Below are positions 53,233 through 55,138 of a stretch of DNA of 55,138 bases, piece by piece. Position numbers and translations under genes: made by a program. The DNA comes from Octopus bimaculoides. Its lineage: Eukaryota. The stretch covers positions 587,832 through 642,969 of the forward strand of contig NC_069007.1 of the NCBI RefSeq assembly GCF_001194135.2. Direction: 5' to 3'. Position 1 is the first letter of the stretch; each line of letters begins with the position of its first letter. The notes under the pieces are model-generated. The model ran no database searches, had not been told where the DNA came from, and saw only the letters and a list, made by a program, of their open reading frames with translations.

Positions 53233-53280
53233 GATGTTAATTAAAATATGGAAGAAATGTGTGCGTGTATATATATATAT

Positions 53281-53331
<51 letters not shown>

Positions 53332-54990
53332 NNNNNNNNNNNNNNNNNNNNNNNNNNNNNNNNNNNNNNNNNNNNNNNNNNNNNNNNNNNNNNNNNNNNN
53401 NNNNNNNNNNNNNNNNNNNNNNNNNNNNNNNNNNNNNNNNNNNNNNNNNNNNNNNNNNNNNNNNNNNNNNNNNNNNNNNNNNNNNNNNNNNNNNNNNNNN
53501 NNNNNNNNNNNNNNNNNNNNNNNNNNNNNNNNNNNNNNNNNNNNNNNNNNNNNNNNNNNNNNNNNNNNNNNNNNNNNNNNNNNNNNNNNNNNNNNNNNNN
53601 NNNNNNNNNNNNNNNATATAAATATATATATATTACATTCGACGTGCCTTCTGATCAGCTTTATCCAGTAATCTTTGTAAGATCCGAAAATTTATTCAAA
53701 TACACTTACGAAAGTGGCGTTTAAGTGTCTCCAACCCGCCACCCACAACCACATAAATGCCAGACGATTTACGAGTCATGACTACTAGCATATCTAGAAG
53801 GATATGCTCAAGAGAATGTTGAGAGTAGTTCTAGTGGAACAAGCGTTGGTATGTTTCAAGCTGACCCTGTTGTTTTACTAGCAAATTTATATTCCTGCGT
53901 TGTACAACACATTTGTAAGAAATCCTATTCAGTATAGCTTTCAATTCTTTTAGTGTTTGTTCGAATCATTTGCTATGAGAATGATTGAAATTCCAGCAGT
54001 CTCTAGGGAGATTAAGTAGGTAATTTAGGAAACAACATCCATTTTCATGTTTTATCCTTCCTGAATGAAGAAATAATGAGAAAATTGTTGAGAGCAATTG
54101 ATTTGTATTTTGTTGTTTAGTGTTCCAGCTTATAAAATGTCAGATACCCAGTTATATAATTTGTTTGGATTTTAAAATCTATAAAGATACGTATTAATGT
54201 GTGGATCACAATATTGCAAATTAGCAGCGTTCTCGTTGCGCTGACGTTTTGCGACATGTAGGTATAGACAACATTATAGAGACCTCCTACATTAGTTAAA
54301 CAGCAAAATAGCACTTCGCTTACCTTGGAATTATCTTTGACAAATGAATGCACGGCAGCCAGAGTTTCAGAAGATACTATCCAATATATGTGAATAGGTT
54401 TAAAACCTTCCGAGTGAGATGAATGGTGACAAATTTAGGAAACTGACGACGGAGCAGGAAATGTACTGCGCCCTCCATTATGATCGTAATGTTACAATTA
54501 ATGGATGAATAGATAATAGAATACGCCGTTTATGAGCACGCAGCGTGTGAATGATCCATAAGTTTAGCTTGATCAAAACGGCAACCGTCCGCAGCTTTCC
54601 AATCTGCGAGAAATAGCAGTTTAATCACCAGTTTATTACATTCTACGATCTTAAAAAGGAGGAAGAAAACATTGTGTTGCACAATTCTAAAAGTTTTGAA
54701 AAGAAGAAAGGAAGAAACGCGATTGAGATGATTAGAAAAACCTTTGATCATTTGTTTCCTCGGTCAAGACCGACCTGGGGCTACAAAAGTAAATTCAAAC
54801 CATGACTCGCTACACCAGTGTACTTTGACTCGCGGTTGTTAACGAAGATGATATTGTTCCTGATGTAGCAGCCGCAATTGCAGTTGCAACAGCAGCAGTA
54901 TTATTATTATTATTAGTAGTAGTAGTAGTAGTAGTAGTAGTAGCAGTCATCGTCGTCGCTTCCCAACAATAGTAGAAGAAACACGTCGTG

Positions 54991-55032
<42 letters not shown>

Positions 55033-55138
55033 TATATATATACATACACACACACACACACACATATATATATACATATATATACATATATACATATATA
55101 TACATATATATACATATATACATATATATACATATATA

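Noticed and set aside
54415-54805. Single-frame protein-like stretch with four internal stops (..YDLKKEEENIVLHNSKSF..)
   Set aside because: No recognisable family, weak splice signals, and the end overlaps a family D repeat.

Overview
This is AT-rich, repeat-dense eukaryotic genomic DNA from a short-read scaffold with 12 N-gaps, most abutting (TA)n or other microsatellites. The SINE families and microsatellite texture match what I recall of octopus genomes; this is an inference. I found no prokaryotic genes, rRNA, true tRNA genes or CRISPR arrays, and I could not identify a host protein-coding gene. Most ORFs in the supplied track are artefacts of microsatellites or N-runs. Supportable content: about 20 tRNA-derived SINE copies from at least three families; decayed non-LTR retrotransposons (five R4/Dong-like REL-endonuclease fragments, one RTE, one CR1-like); a fossil hAT/Buster transposase split by SINEs; a Tc1/mariner fragment; and a mariner-derived MITE nested in a SINE. 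The best leads for follow-up are: (i) two minus-strand sites where a strong 3' splice site abuts a perfect 5' splice site (recursive-splicing architecture), one enclosed by an inverted SINE pair; (ii) a near-perfect foldback element that runs into an assembly gap; (iii) degenerate hammerhead-like motifs beside microsatellites; (iv) an association of R4/Dong-like fragments with trinucleotide repeats; (v) a 93-codon ORF with a Ulp1/SENP8-like protease motif that lacks the catalytic His. All are hypotheses, and coordinates of decayed repeats are approximate.
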